Source: a virus
Strand: one strand, 5' to 3'
Virus record (IMG/VR): IMGVR_UViG_3300045988_143165
Location: 3,410 to 67,409 of that record
DNA length: 64,000 nt
In this document: positions 1 through 9,615 of the stretch, one piece after another
Layout: every line of letters starts with the position of its first letter
Numbering within the stretch: position 1 is the first letter of the stretch
Program-made: the position numbers and the translations under genes
Notes under the pieces: model-generated
Seen by the model: the letters and a program-made list of their open reading frames with translations, nothing else
Database searches by the model: none
Told to the model about the DNA's origin: nothing

Positions 1-218
1 ATAAAATAATCAAAGTTGCCACATATTTCGATGTGTCAGTCGATTATTTACTCGGTAGAACAGATATAAAAGGTTCTGCTTCTGAATTGCTTGGAGATGA
101 TGATATTATATCTTTTCAAAGAGCAAGACAAAAAATGTCTCAACAAGATAGAGAACGAATGATGCGAATGCTTAAAGTTGGTTTCGATTACGCCTTTGAG
201 GAGGATAATAACACTTAA
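1..218 (+). CDS. XRE-family helix-turn-helix regulator, C-terminal fragment (5' end lies outside the window)
   Basis: The frame is open from position 3 and translates as ..KIIKVATYFDVSVDYLLGRTD.., which is a typical HTH_3 C-terminus. Its stop overlaps the ATG of the ImmA gene (TAATG). Confidence 0.6.
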   Translation, partial: KIIKVATYFDVSVDYLLGRTDIKGSASELLGDDDIISFQRARQKMSQQDRERMMRMLKVGFDYAFEEDNNT

Positions 219-829
219 TGGTTAGATATATCTATATAAACAATTTGGTGTTGAAAATATATTCTATGTTGCCACAAATCACATTTCCTTTAGATATTCA
301 AGAAGTAATTAAACTCATTCCGAATTGTAGATATATGTCATATCGGAAATTCGCTAAAATAAATAATTGTTCAATAAATGATGTTATCCAAATGTGCGAA
401 AGCAAGTCCGGTTGCACTCATTATGATATTTCACAGGATAGATATTTAATTCTTTGCAATCAGTCAACACAAGGCAATAACAATGTCGGTCGGCAATTAT
501 GGACTTGTAGTCACGAAATAGGGCATATTCTTTGCAAACACCACTCTGCATCTGCTTATTCAAAATTATCGGAGAATAGTTTTATGTGCGCAGAAAATTC
601 TGAATTTGAAAATGAAGCTGATTATTTTGCCGCAACAATATTATCTCCGTTTCCTCTTTATGAATATCTAAATGTTCAATCGCCTTTAGATGTTCAAAAT
701 GTTTTCGGGTTATCAACAGAAGCCTCTCTTTATCGTTATAAAAAATACTTAAAATGGAAACAATATCATCGCAAAACTGCCTGGGAAAATGATATTGTTA
801 AACTTTATAAACAAAAAGGTAGTTATTAA
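218..829 (+). CDS. ImmA/IrrE-family zinc metallopeptidase (anti-repressor protease)
   Basis: HEXXH motif HEIGHILCKH and a downstream EADYFAATILSPFPL segment typical of DUF955/ImmA. It is translationally coupled to the preceding XRE gene. Confidence 0.7.
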   Translation: MVRYIYINNLVLKIYSMLPQITFPLDIQEVIKLIPNCRYMSYRKFAKINNCSINDVIQMCESKSGCTHYDISQDRYLILCNQSTQGNNNVGRQLWTCSHEIGHILCKHHSASAYSKLSENSFMCAENSEFENEADYFAATILSPFPLYEYLNVQSPLDVQNVFGLSTEASLYRYKKYLKWKQYHRKTAWENDIVKLYKQKGSY

Positions 830-854
830 CAATATAATATATTCGTTATATTTT

Positions 855-891
855 ACACCTCATAGGGAACAATCTCTATGAGGTGTTTTTT
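855..891 (+). terminator. Rho-independent terminator
   Basis: Perfect 11-bp inverted repeat acacctcatag/ctatgaggtgt with an 8-nt loop, followed by a T6 run. Confidence 0.5.
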
Positions 892-1326
892 ATGACAAAA
901 CAAGAATATAAACATATACGAAATTTAGCGTGGGATTTACTCATTGATGCAAATATTTCACGGTTGCCAGTTGATATAAATGCTATTGCTACTCTTTATG
1001 ATTTACAACACTTAATTGACAATTCTAAATCTTTATATGATAATACTCTTTCCGTTGCCGAATGTATCTTGAAAATCTTTGGAATGGCGAATCCTGAATT
1101 TCCAAGATACCTTGCTATTAGAATTCTTGCGCCTATGATTATTTTCAAAGAATTAGGTGTTAAATCTGCGGAAGAAATGAGTAGCCTTTCCGGGCTTCCT
1201 ATTGATTTAGCAAATCAGCGATTTAAGCGTTTTGAAATGCTCTTGTCAAGAAGAAATACTTTTCAAACTTCTCGTCTTGAAACAATCGTATTATCACAAT
1301 TCCGTGAATGGATAGATAGCCGTTAA
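892..1326 (+). CDS. hypothetical protein
   Basis: ATG directly after the terminator T-run. The ORF track begins at a GTG inside the hairpin (883). Weak ImmA-N-terminal-like segment LPVDINAIA. Confidence 0.4.
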   Translation: MTKQEYKHIRNLAWDLLIDANISRLPVDINAIATLYDLQHLIDNSKSLYDNTLSVAECILKIFGMANPEFPRYLAIRILAPMIIFKELGVKSAEEMSSLSGLPIDLANQRFKRFEMLLSRRNTFQTSRLETIVLSQFREWIDSR

Positions 1327-1961
1327 TCCTTATTCAAAAGAACCGAGATAGAAGATTCAAGATTCAAAAATGGGCGCACACCGCAGGCACAGTCACAGCC
1401 ATTCTGGTCAAGAATGCCGCTGGAACCGACATAGCAAACGCGACGAGCGTAGTTATTACTCGGAGTGGATGCGGGAGTAATAAGCCACCACCAATCAGGA
1501 TAGATGGATTTCAAACCAAGAATCTTATGATACTTTGCATATTCCATAGCGGTTAAAAGACTTACCTTATCGGTGCAAGTTCCGTAATCATCCAAACCAT
1601 CGAGAGAAGTAAGGTCTCTATCCATAGAGATAATATTGTTTTCTCCGCCGATGATAGCTGCAATCTTCTCGAAATACTCATTATTGAGCATTCTACGAAT
1701 AGGAGATGTATTCCAATTTGAATTATCGCCGAATTTTACTTCTTTATAAGCAAACTCTTTTGAAATAACTCTTGTTCCTTTATCAGTATGTTCCATTACA
1801 ATGAATACTTCATCTCCGAGCTTAAATTCATCTCCTGGTTTTAGTGTTGATAATTCAACTTTATTAGAACAAGTTAATGCTGCAAGTTGCTCTGGATTAA
1901 GGTCAATAGTAACCTTTCCATTTTCAATTTTTATATTTGCACTATCAATGGTAATCTGCAT
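1323..1961 (-). CDS. DUF6273-like protein (paralog A)
   Basis: Carries SPIRRMLNNEYF, TDKVSLLTAMEYAKY and WWWLITPAS...GVRPFLNL motifs. RBS aagggaagaagaaaATG at Met28 of the track ORF. Paralog of 34219..34827. Confidence 0.55.
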   Translation of the reverse strand: MQITIDSANIKIENGKVTIDLNPEQLAALTCSNKVELSTLKPGDEFKLGDEVFIVMEHTDKGTRVISKEFAYKEVKFGDNSNWNTSPIRRMLNNEYFEKIAAIIGGENNIISMDRDLTSLDGLDDYGTCTDKVSLLTAMEYAKYHKILGLKSIYPDWWWLITPASTPSNNYARRVCYVGSSGILDQNGCDCACGVRPFLNLESSISVLLNKD

Positions 1962-2232
1962 TTTCTTCTTCCCTTTTATTTTTAACAATGTACTTGTCCT
2001 TAAATTCATAAATCTCATATCCTTCTTTTGCCCAAAAGTCAAGTTTTTCTTGTGTGCATTCTACTTTGTCTATTCTCTTGACTTGTGTTTCGCTTCGATA
2101 CAAATATTCTCCCATAGTATGAAAAATATCTTTAGTATTCACACCAACGATAAAAAGTTCATAATCATTGGTAATGATAGAATATTTTCTAACATAAAGA
2201 AGATGTGTATAAGGTAACTTTATTTCAGTCAT
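1945..2232 (-). CDS. hypothetical protein
   Basis: ORF with RBS aaaggataaaATG (MTEIKL..) directly after the stop of the methyltransferase. Confidence 0.35.
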   Translation of the reverse strand: MTEIKLPYTHLLYVRKYSIITNDYELFIVGVNTKDIFHTMGEYLYRSETQVKRIDKVECTQEKLDFWAKEGYEIYEFKDKYIVKNKREEENADYH

Positions 2233-2233
2233 T

Positions 2234-2959
2234 TTATCCTTTAATTCGTTCCTGTGCAATATTGTAGTATTGTTGGTCTATTTCTATACCTATGAATTGT
2301 CGGTTAAGCTCTTTACAAGCAATGCCTGTACTACCTATACCCATAAATGGGTCTAATACTATACCGTTTTGTTGAGAAGAATTGTCAATCAATATTTTCA
2401 TCAACTCAACAGGCTTTTCAGTATCGTGTAAATTCTTTCCGTCAATACTTTTTAATTTGATGTTTGGTATAGATAAAATATCGCTCGTTCCACAATGGTT
2501 AATTCTTACGCCACGACCTTTGCGGAAAAATAATATGTATTCAAACTGTGACATATAGAATTGACCCATTATTTTGTTTCCTTTATCCCATATCAAAGAC
2601 TTAATAAAATGGAAACCATAGGGCTTAACGCCATTGTCTTTTTCTTCCTCTGTCGTTAAATCAGTAAAAGTGTTCAACATATGAATAAGATTGATATGAT
2701 TAGTCATTACATAACAATGACTGCCATCTTTTAATATTCTATAAAACTCCGATGCATATTCTGAACAATCAATGTTATTATGCTTAAATACTTGACCTTG
2801 CATATTGATTTTCTTTTGTAACATACCACCTGAATTTCCGGCGTTCCCACGAGAAGTAATTTTATAAGGTGGGTCTGTTACAATTAAATCAATGCTCTCG
2901 TTTGGTATTTTACTTAATTCTGTTAAACACTCTCCACATATAAGATTTGGCAGGGGGTG
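2234..2959 (-). CDS. DNA N6/N4 methyltransferase (beta class). The N-terminal DPPY motif is only reachable through a -1 shift at a C5 tract
   Basis: Motif I DPFMGIGSTG lies near the C-terminus. The catalytic LIVTDPPY motif lies upstream of the first ATG (2824) in the same frame, bounded by a stop at 2960-2962. A TTG start with RBS aaaggaag becomes in-frame if the C5 run (plus-strand G5 at 2954-2958) were C6. Confidence 0.65.
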   Translation of the reverse strand, partial: HPLPNLICGECLTELSKIPNESIDLIVTDPPYKITSRGNAGNSGGMLQKKINMQGQVFKHNNIDCSEYASEFYRILKDGSHCYVMTNHINLIHMLNTFTDLTTEEEKDNGVKPYGFHFIKSLIWDKGNKIMGQFYMSQFEYILFFRKGRGVRINHCGTSDILSIPNIKLKSIDGKNLHDTEKPVELMKILIDNSSQQNGIVLDPFMGIGSTGIACKELNRQFIGIEIDQQYYNIAQERIKG

Positions 2960-2969
2960 TTAATTTTAA

Positions 2970-4169
2970 TCAATATATTGTACTTCCTTTGTTGGTTCTC
3001 TTTATATCTTCTGAAAATTTTGTATTAGATAAATATATATTATCGAAATGTTTTAACAAATCTTGAATTTTACAATTACCTGCAATTTCATTATCCGTAT
3101 AATTCAAATGAGTAATCATAACAGAAGTTTTTGTTCCGCTGATTTTTTCTCTTGCTCTTTGTATATCAGCTTTCACTCTATTGATAAACTCATCATAATC
3201 AAACATTCCATACCTTATTGTTTGCTGGTAATCGTTATAACAGTTTGTAAGGTCAGTTATATCTTTATTTATATCCGACTTATCACATTCTGTTGGTAAT
3301 GTTCCTGCTCCGTGTCTGGTAAAATAAGACCTTGTAATATAACAAATTTCAACATCGCAATCAAAATCATTAACTCTTTGAATGGGTGTATAAGAAGTAG
3401 TATTACTTGCTGTGATGTATGGCAATGCTTTTAGATTATTCTCATCAAGTTCAAGACCTTGCGCACCCTCAAATATAATGGTATTATACTTATTTCGGAT
3501 TCTATCGAAATCACACATAAAAGTTATATATTGCATTTCTCTTAAATCACTAACGAAATGTTCAATTAACCCTTTAGACTTTATCAGCTCTTGATATTCT
3601 TGTGGAATTTCTGTTATTCCGTATTCAAATAATTTTTTAGGTAAATAAACATTTGCTATATTATGTAGATAATCTACAACATCTTTATCGTTCATATGAG
3701 ATAGTTGGTTATAATCTAATGCAAAAACACCATCATCATACCTTTTTTGTGTTTCCCAAATACCATAACCACAAGAACCGTGTCTTTTATTCTCTCTATG
3801 TATTTCAACAATTTGATTGATAAACATATCATACATAGTGCTTACTCTACATTTAGGAGAAATCATACATATAGGTTTGATGCCATATTTTTTAAGCTCA
3901 TTATATTCTTGAATGAAGATTGCAGGATTAACCATAAAGTTTTGGTCAAAGTATGTATGAGCATTATCAAATGTGCCACTTCCAAAATGATGGAAAATAT
4001 GCCTTGTGCCATCTTTAAGTTCGACAGTATGACCTCGTTGACATCCTCCATTAAATAAAACATTTAAGCACTTATTTTTCGCGGATTGAGAGAAAAAATG
4101 TGTTGCCAATCCTTTTCCTTCATCTCCATAATTACTACCTATTACTACTTTGACCTTAACTTTACTCAT
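2970..4169 (-). CDS. adenylosuccinate synthetase family protein (PurA-like; PurZ candidate)
   Basis: P-loop GDEGKGL and GGCQRGHT, FEGAQG, TASNTTS, TRHGAG motifs align with E. coli PurA along the whole length. Confidence 0.8.
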   Translation of the reverse strand: MSKVKVKVVIGSNYGDEGKGLATHFFSQSAKNKCLNVLFNGGCQRGHTVELKDGTRHIFHHFGSGTFDNAHTYFDQNFMVNPAIFIQEYNELKKYGIKPICMISPKCRVSTMYDMFINQIVEIHRENKRHGSCGYGIWETQKRYDDGVFALDYNQLSHMNDKDVVDYLHNIANVYLPKKLFEYGITEIPQEYQELIKSKGLIEHFVSDLREMQYITFMCDFDRIRNKYNTIIFEGAQGLELDENNLKALPYITASNTTSYTPIQRVNDFDCDVEICYITRSYFTRHGAGTLPTECDKSDINKDITDLTNCYNDYQQTIRYGMFDYDEFINRVKADIQRAREKISGTKTSVMITHLNYTDNEIAGNCKIQDLLKHFDNIYLSNTKFSEDIKRTNKGSTIY

Positions 4170-4175
4170 TATTTA

Positions 4176-5033
4176 TCACCAAGAAATTTCAGTATTTGTA
4201 TTTGCAACTTCCTCATCTTTTGCATTGGTTATAATATTAACAATAGTGCTTGCAATATTATTCAATCCAACAGTAAGGAAATGTTTGTTATCAAGATACT
4301 TGCTATAAGTATTGTTAATACCATCTTTATGCCAAGAATAACTTGTAGCAGTATCATCAATAGCCAAGTGGTAAATATCAAATTTTTCACTTGCCGCCTT
4401 ATAAAGTGTTTCTGTTTCAACATCAGTCTGCAATGAATCTCCGGTTACGGCACTTAATCTATTTGCAGGAAGATAAGGATTTAATGATTCATCTCCCATT
4501 GTAATGATAATGCCTTTCTTACCACGCTTCCAGCAATCGAGGTCGGTGTGTTTTAATCCAAAATACCACGCAGCAGTATATGACTCAAATGAATTACCGC
4601 CACCACCTCTTTCAAAATAAATTTTATCAAGCTGCTCGGCAATACGAACATCTGATTCAAACTGTGAAGCCTGAATAGGTGCATTATCATAAGCCAAATC
4701 GCCAATACCCATAACAAGGAATTCCACGTCAGTTACTTCCTCATAGAGTCTTGTCATAACCTCATTGAGTTTCTTTGCGACTTCTGCGGCAGCACTACCC
4801 ATACTACCCGTAACATCAAGAGCAAGAATAACTGGGATTGTATTAGGATGTTCGTCTGAATCACAACACTGACGAACTACATTATAAGGGTCTAATTCAG
4901 GTTGAATACATCTTGACTTAAATAAATCCTGTGCAGAATAACTCTTATCTAAATTACCGTCATCAAGAACAGTTCTACCAACAGATTTTGAGTAAATTGT
5001 ATAATCACTTGTAGTCCAAATTCCGCAACCCAT
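4176..5033 (-). CDS. von Willebrand factor A domain protein
   Basis: MIDAS-like VILALDVTGSMGS segment and a beta-rich vWA-sized body. Confidence 0.55.
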   Translation of the reverse strand: MGCGIWTTSDYTIYSKSVGRTVLDDGNLDKSYSAQDLFKSRCIQPELDPYNVVRQCCDSDEHPNTIPVILALDVTGSMGSAAAEVAKKLNEVMTRLYEEVTDVEFLVMGIGDLAYDNAPIQASQFESDVRIAEQLDKIYFERGGGGNSFESYTAAWYFGLKHTDLDCWKRGKKGIIITMGDESLNPYLPANRLSAVTGDSLQTDVETETLYKAASEKFDIYHLAIDDTATSYSWHKDGINNTYSKYLDNKHFLTVGLNNIASTIVNIITNAKDEEVANTNTEISW

Positions 5034-5629
5034 TATTCTGCCTCCTTATCTTCTGTTACTTCTTCATCATTGTTATCGGAATCGAACATACCATCAAATA
5101 TATCGGTAAACCTATTTCCGCCACCAAGCAACATAAATGGAAGCATTGAAGCCATACCATTATCACCCATTGTTCCGCCATTGCTGCCCTTCATCATTTC
5201 AGACATCATCATATAGGACATCATTTTGCCCATACCTTTTTTACCCTTCATCAAGTCGTTTCCGAACATTGAAACAATCTTGCCGTAAAAATATGTATTA
5301 CCCATAAAAACGTGGCGTTCTGGAAGAATGTCCTTAACAGTTGAATCCTCATAATCAATGACCTTAATTGTATCATTATTTACTGCAATAACACACTTTG
5401 GCTTGCCTGATACAAGAATAATGTCGCCAGCTTCAACTTTATTAGTAGGAATTACAAAGAAAAATTCCTCACCAAGATTGAAAACGAAGTTATTGCAATT
5501 TGTAAGTCTATTTTTCTTGATATTATAAGTCTTATAACCATCACTTGTCTTTACGGCAACCTCACCGTTCATTGAAAGTCTGCACATTCCGTTGGCTACT
5601 TTGCCAAACATACCATTGAACATATTCAT
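5033..5629 (-). CDS. hypothetical Gly/Met-rich protein
   Basis: ORF with a Gly/Met-rich low-complexity C-terminus. Confidence 0.4.
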   Translation of the reverse strand: MNMFNGMFGKVANGMCRLSMNGEVAVKTSDGYKTYNIKKNRLTNCNNFVFNLGEEFFFVIPTNKVEAGDIILVSGKPKCVIAVNNDTIKVIDYEDSTVKDILPERHVFMGNTYFYGKIVSMFGNDLMKGKKGMGKMMSYMMMSEMMKGSNGGTMGDNGMASMLPFMLLGGGNRFTDIFDGMFDSDNNDEEVTEDKEAE

Positions 5630-5646
5630 TTCTTAATCTCCTTTAA

Positions 5647-6417
5647 TTATTTCTTTTTATCTTCAAGCCACTTATTATCAACGACATAAAAACCTACTAC
5701 CAATCCACCTATAAGTAATATCCAAAAAATCCAAAAAACTATTATCTGCCATTCGGACTCAAGGTTTTCGATTGTATCTTCAATATTCTTATCATAATAA
5801 AAGTGAACATTAGAAATTGTATTATCTTTAAGTACAGCGTATAGTGTTCCTTTACATTCGGCAGGAGCAGCATAATACACATATCTTATATCTCCTGATG
5901 AATGCCACCAATCACCATCTACATATATCGTTTTTATTTCTCTTTCACTTGGTAAATGAATTGTATCATAAGGAAACTCAACACCAATAAAATCAATCTT
6001 TGTAGAGCTTTTTGATTCTTGGCTAACATAATCCCAAGTATAATATTCTTCTGTTTCCGTATATGTTTCGGTTTTGCCTTTTGAGTTTGTTCTCGTTTTT
6101 GTTACCGTGCTTGTGTGTCTTGTATATTTCTCTTTGACTTTCTTTATATAGGAGAAGTCTCCTTCAATTTCATCATAAGAAACTGTATCAACAGCTTTAA
6201 GTTCACCATATACGAAAGCATTACCTATGTTTGTTCTCATACCGTGTTGAAATACATCTTTGTTATTATCTATCTGCAATGCCGTGTTGTATTCCTGATA
6301 ATCATTCATTAAAGAATTACTTATTCCGGATGAAATCATAAAACCAAACACAAGCATTACAGCAATAATGATAATACTAAAAAGGACTTCGCGCTTGGTT
6401 ACTAACCTCTTATCCAT
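5647..6417 (-). CDS. membrane protein (DUF2207-like partner of LemA?)
   Basis: N-terminal and C-terminal transmembrane segments, and adjacency to LemA. Confidence 0.4.
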   Translation of the reverse strand: MDKRLVTKREVLFSIIIIAVMLVFGFMISSGISNSLMNDYQEYNTALQIDNNKDVFQHGMRTNIGNAFVYGELKAVDTVSYDEIEGDFSYIKKVKEKYTRHTSTVTKTRTNSKGKTETYTETEEYYTWDYVSQESKSSTKIDFIGVEFPYDTIHLPSEREIKTIYVDGDWWHSSGDIRYVYYAAPAECKGTLYAVLKDNTISNVHFYYDKNIEDTIENLESEWQIIVFWIFWILLIGGLVVGFYVVDNKWLEDKKK

Positions 6418-6420
6418 AGG

Positions 6421-6987
6421 TTAATCTCCGAAAAGATTTGTTGGTGCATCTTCCGATACATCATAATTTAAGTATGAATATTCAATTACCTCATAGCCGA
6501 GCATATCAAGAATATTACTGTTCGGAAATTGCCTTACATACTGATTATAAGATTTAACAAACTTATTAAAATTACTTCGATAATTTGCAATCAAATTTTC
6601 TGTGGTTGTAAGTTCCGACATCAATTCTTTGTAGTTTTCATTGCTCTTTAATTCTGGATAAGCCTCTGCAACTGCGTTAATCATAGTCTGAATCTCATTC
6701 ACAGAATTATCAGACGATGTGCCTCTTGCTTCAACGACAGCCATTAGGGTTTCATATTCGTGCTTATCATACTGTTTAACACAATCAACAAGGTTAGGTA
6801 TAAGGTCTGCTCTGCGCTTTTCCTGAACCTTAATGTCAGACTGCGCCGTACTGATTTGTTCCTCATAAGAAATCGCCTTGTTTTTAACGCCATTGAAACC
6901 GAATACAAACATCATCGAAACAGCAACAATAATAGCAAGAATAATTGCTGCTAATTTCAAACTAAATTTACCTTTTTCTTTAGCCAT
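6421..6987 (-). CDS. lemA: LemA family protein
   Basis: RRADLIPNLVDCVKQY ... AVAEAYPELKSNENY ... TENLIANYRSNFN pattern of LemA. RBS GGGAGGattaaaaATG at MAKEKGK (the track starts at an upstream TTG). Confidence 0.7.
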   Translation of the reverse strand: MAKEKGKFSLKLAAIILAIIVAVSMMFVFGFNGVKNKAISYEEQISTAQSDIKVQEKRRADLIPNLVDCVKQYDKHEYETLMAVVEARGTSSDNSVNEIQTMINAVAEAYPELKSNENYKELMSELTTTENLIANYRSNFNKFVKSYNQYVRQFPNSNILDMLGYEVIEYSYLNYDVSEDAPTNLFGD

Positions 6988-7005
6988 TTTTAATCCTCCC
7001 AACGT

Positions 7006-7398
7006 TTAATCAATGTATGGCAATTCTCTATATATATCAGCAGGAATGTTATTCTGCCATATATAATCATTTTTAAGAATATAATTGTTATATGTATTTG
7101 CTGTCTTATTAGCCCTCATCTTTGCTTGTTCAGCCCAATTTTGTTTTTCTTCATCATCAGAATCTTTATATTGCTCATAAATGAGTTTATCTGAATTATA
7201 AGAAGAAATCATAGAACGACAAGTATCTTCAACCCTTTTTAATGTTTCATAGTTGGTATCATCATCTGCTTTTTGAACTGTACCAAACCAATTATTCCAA
7301 GCTGAAACACCACTTGGAGTTGCAGTAAAATATATAGGCAATCCGATAATAAGAATACAAACCAAAACTATCAATGCTGCAATTACCGATTTACGCAT
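7006..7398 (-). CDS. membrane protein, hypothetical
   Basis: N-terminal TM helix. Directly follows LemA. Confidence 0.4.
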   Translation of the reverse strand: MRKSVIAALIVLVCILIIGLPIYFTATPSGVSAWNNWFGTVQKADDDTNYETLKRVEDTCRSMISSYNSDKLIYEQYKDSDDEEKQNWAEQAKMRANKTANTYNNYILKNDYIWQNNIPADIYRELPYID

Positions 7399-7985
7399 TA
7401 TTTACTTCCTCCATCAATAGATAAAACAGGGTCATCAACTTCAAATGGAATGTCACTAAATAAGAAATCTCCAGTCCATTCAATATATTTTCCATCGGTA
7501 GTAAAGAAGAATATTCCCGGCACATTTTCGCCATAACATCCATCAATACCTGCGATTTCAACCAAGTCATAATAACATTTTCCATTTCCATCTTCATTAT
7601 GGATATGCTGTGGATATTCGGCAGGGAATAGGTAACTGTTCAAACTTGATACTTTACCATCAACAACAAATCTTCCAACAACAGAGCCATTTTCAGAGAA
7701 CAAAACAATATAGCCAAGAGGTTTTTCAACTTCACAGGGTAAAGACATTGCTTTTTCTCTTTGACCATTTACCCAATAGGCTCTTTTAATGACATTATAT
7801 CTTTCGAGAGAATAAGATAAATCTATTGGAGCAGGTTGATTATCAACAATTTCTCCAGAACTTTTCATAGCTGTTTTAGTATTTTCTGATTCACTTGTGT
7901 TATCTACACATCCAGTAAATAAACAGCAAACAGAAAACATAACAAGAACAACCATTAAGATTGAAACAATTCTTTTCTTTTTCAT
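7398..7985 (-). CDS. lipoprotein, hypothetical
   Basis: Signal peptide with lipobox LFTGC. Confidence 0.45.
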   Translation of the reverse strand: MKKKRIVSILMVVLVMFSVCCLFTGCVDNTSESENTKTAMKSSGEIVDNQPAPIDLSYSLERYNVIKRAYWVNGQREKAMSLPCEVEKPLGYIVLFSENGSVVGRFVVDGKVSSLNSYLFPAEYPQHIHNEDGNGKCYYDLVEIAGIDGCYGENVPGIFFFTTDGKYIEWTGDFLFSDIPFEVDDPVLSIDGGSK

Positions 7986-8001
7986 AATAATTTCCTTTCA
8001 T

Positions 8002-8418
8002 TTATACAAATTGTAAGTATATTGGTTTTGGATTGAGCATTGCATTTCCATCTCCGAGAACATATTGGTCGATTTTCGGCTTAATAACTTCTTGAATATA
8101 TGTTTCTCTTATTCGAGAATCCATAAAAATAACTTGTGAACAAATTTCAGAAATCATATTCTCTTTGGTTATTAGATTGATAATGCTACCATTGAAAAAC
8201 TCAATCTTAATTTGCTCACCTTCAGCAATAGATTTTATCTCACAGTCATAAGTCACCTTCTTATAGTATTCAATGATTTCGTCAAGCATTGTTTTAGCAG
8301 AAACCATATCCTCAATATAAAAAGTAATTATGTAGTTCGATAAGGTAATGCACCTATCGAGGAATTTATAACCTCGAATTTTCGATTGTTCAAATATTGA
8401 CATTATCTTGACTCCCAC
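8002..8418 (-). CDS. hypothetical protein
   Basis: ORF in the operon. No motif recognised. Confidence 0.35.
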   Translation of the reverse strand: MGVKIMSIFEQSKIRGYKFLDRCITLSNYIITFYIEDMVSAKTMLDEIIEYYKKVTYDCEIKSIAEGEQIKIEFFNGSIINLITKENMISEICSQVIFMDSRIRETYIQEVIKPKIDQYVLGDGNAMLNPKPIYLQFV

Positions 8419-9440
8419 GGAAATTCAGAATGACCAAAGTGACCAAACTTTGCAGTATCATTAAACTTAAATGTTCCATCTATCAAATGCAAATCTTCGA
8501 TAATCCTTTTTGGTGTGCATTCATCATAGAAACAGTCCGGTATATCAATTACTTCCTTGTTTGTCTTTGCATAAATTCCAAGAGGCTTATCCATACCTAT
8601 TGCATAAGAAATCTGAATTTCGCACCAGTTGACATCGGGTAATGTATCAAGACATTCGATTGCAAGCTGTCTTGCCTTATACGCTGCCGAACGGTCAACT
8701 TTTGTTGGGTCTTTACCAGAGAATGCACCACCTCCGACATTTGCAAAAGATTGATAATTGTCAACTACAATTTTTCTGCCGGTTAGACCTGCATCTCCAT
8801 CAAAACCACCGATTAAGAATTTACCCGTCGGATTGATGTGAAACTCTCTGATTGCAATTCCATAATTTGAACAAAGTGTCTCACAGTAGTCAGTAAGAAT
8901 TTTATCTGTCTCTGCTCGATTTGTTTCTTTGTTCTGATATGAGATAATAAAATCCTTTATATACTCCAATTTGTTATTTTCATCATAGAACCCTGTTATC
9001 TGTGCCTTGCCATCAGGAAGAAATCTGTCATCAATTTTGACAAGTCTATCATAGAATGCCGATAAATCTTGAAGGATAGCCATTGCCGTAGGAATGTAAT
9101 CCACTGTATCTCTGCACGCATACCCGAACATCATTCCTTGGTCTCCAGCACCTCCAGCATCAACGCCCTGCGCAATATCAGGTGACTGTTTACCGATGTT
9201 ATCAATAACTTCATATTTATTTGGGTCATATCCAACATCACGAAGAGCTTCTTTAACAATGTTTGTTACATTGACTAATGCTCTTGAAGTTACTTCACCT
9301 GTTACGAATATTTTTCCTTTGCCGCCGACAGTTTCAATGCCGCATCTGCTATGTTTATCCTGCTTCAAAAAAGCATCAAGAAGTGCATCACTTATTTGGT
9401 CGCAAACTTTGTCAGGGATGTCCTCTAAAAACAATTTCAT
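8403..9440 (-). CDS. metK: S-adenosylmethionine synthetase
   Basis: GAGDQGMMFGYA and GGGAFSGKDPTKVDRSAAY signatures. The N-terminus MKLFLEDIPDKVCDQISD aligns to the E. coli MetK start, so ATG at 9440 is preferred over the track's TTG at 9467. Confidence 0.85.
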   Translation of the reverse strand: MKLFLEDIPDKVCDQISDALLDAFLKQDKHSRCGIETVGGKGKIFVTGEVTSRALVNVTNIVKEALRDVGYDPNKYEVIDNIGKQSPDIAQGVDAGGAGDQGMMFGYACRDTVDYIPTAMAILQDLSAFYDRLVKIDDRFLPDGKAQITGFYDENNKLEYIKDFIISYQNKETNRAETDKILTDYCETLCSNYGIAIREFHINPTGKFLIGGFDGDAGLTGRKIVVDNYQSFANVGGGAFSGKDPTKVDRSAAYKARQLAIECLDTLPDVNWCEIQISYAIGMDKPLGIYAKTNKEVIDIPDCFYDECTPKRIIEDLHLIDGTFKFNDTAKFGHFGHSEFPWESR

Positions 9441-9615
9441 TGCTGTAATAGAAAGACATATAATCAACTCCTTTCATTTTCAACGAAGCGCCAAGTATAT
9501 CCACCTGCGCTTTACGCTCATATTTATTATTACAAACATCGCTTATTCGTTTATAATTTGTTCCTGTTATTAGTTAAACACCTAACAGATTTTCTTCGAT
9601 AAGTTGATTATTCAT

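Noticed and set aside
9441-9615. SAM riboswitch upstream of metK
   Set aside because: No SAM-I/S-box-like conserved helices were recognisable in the 175-nt leader.
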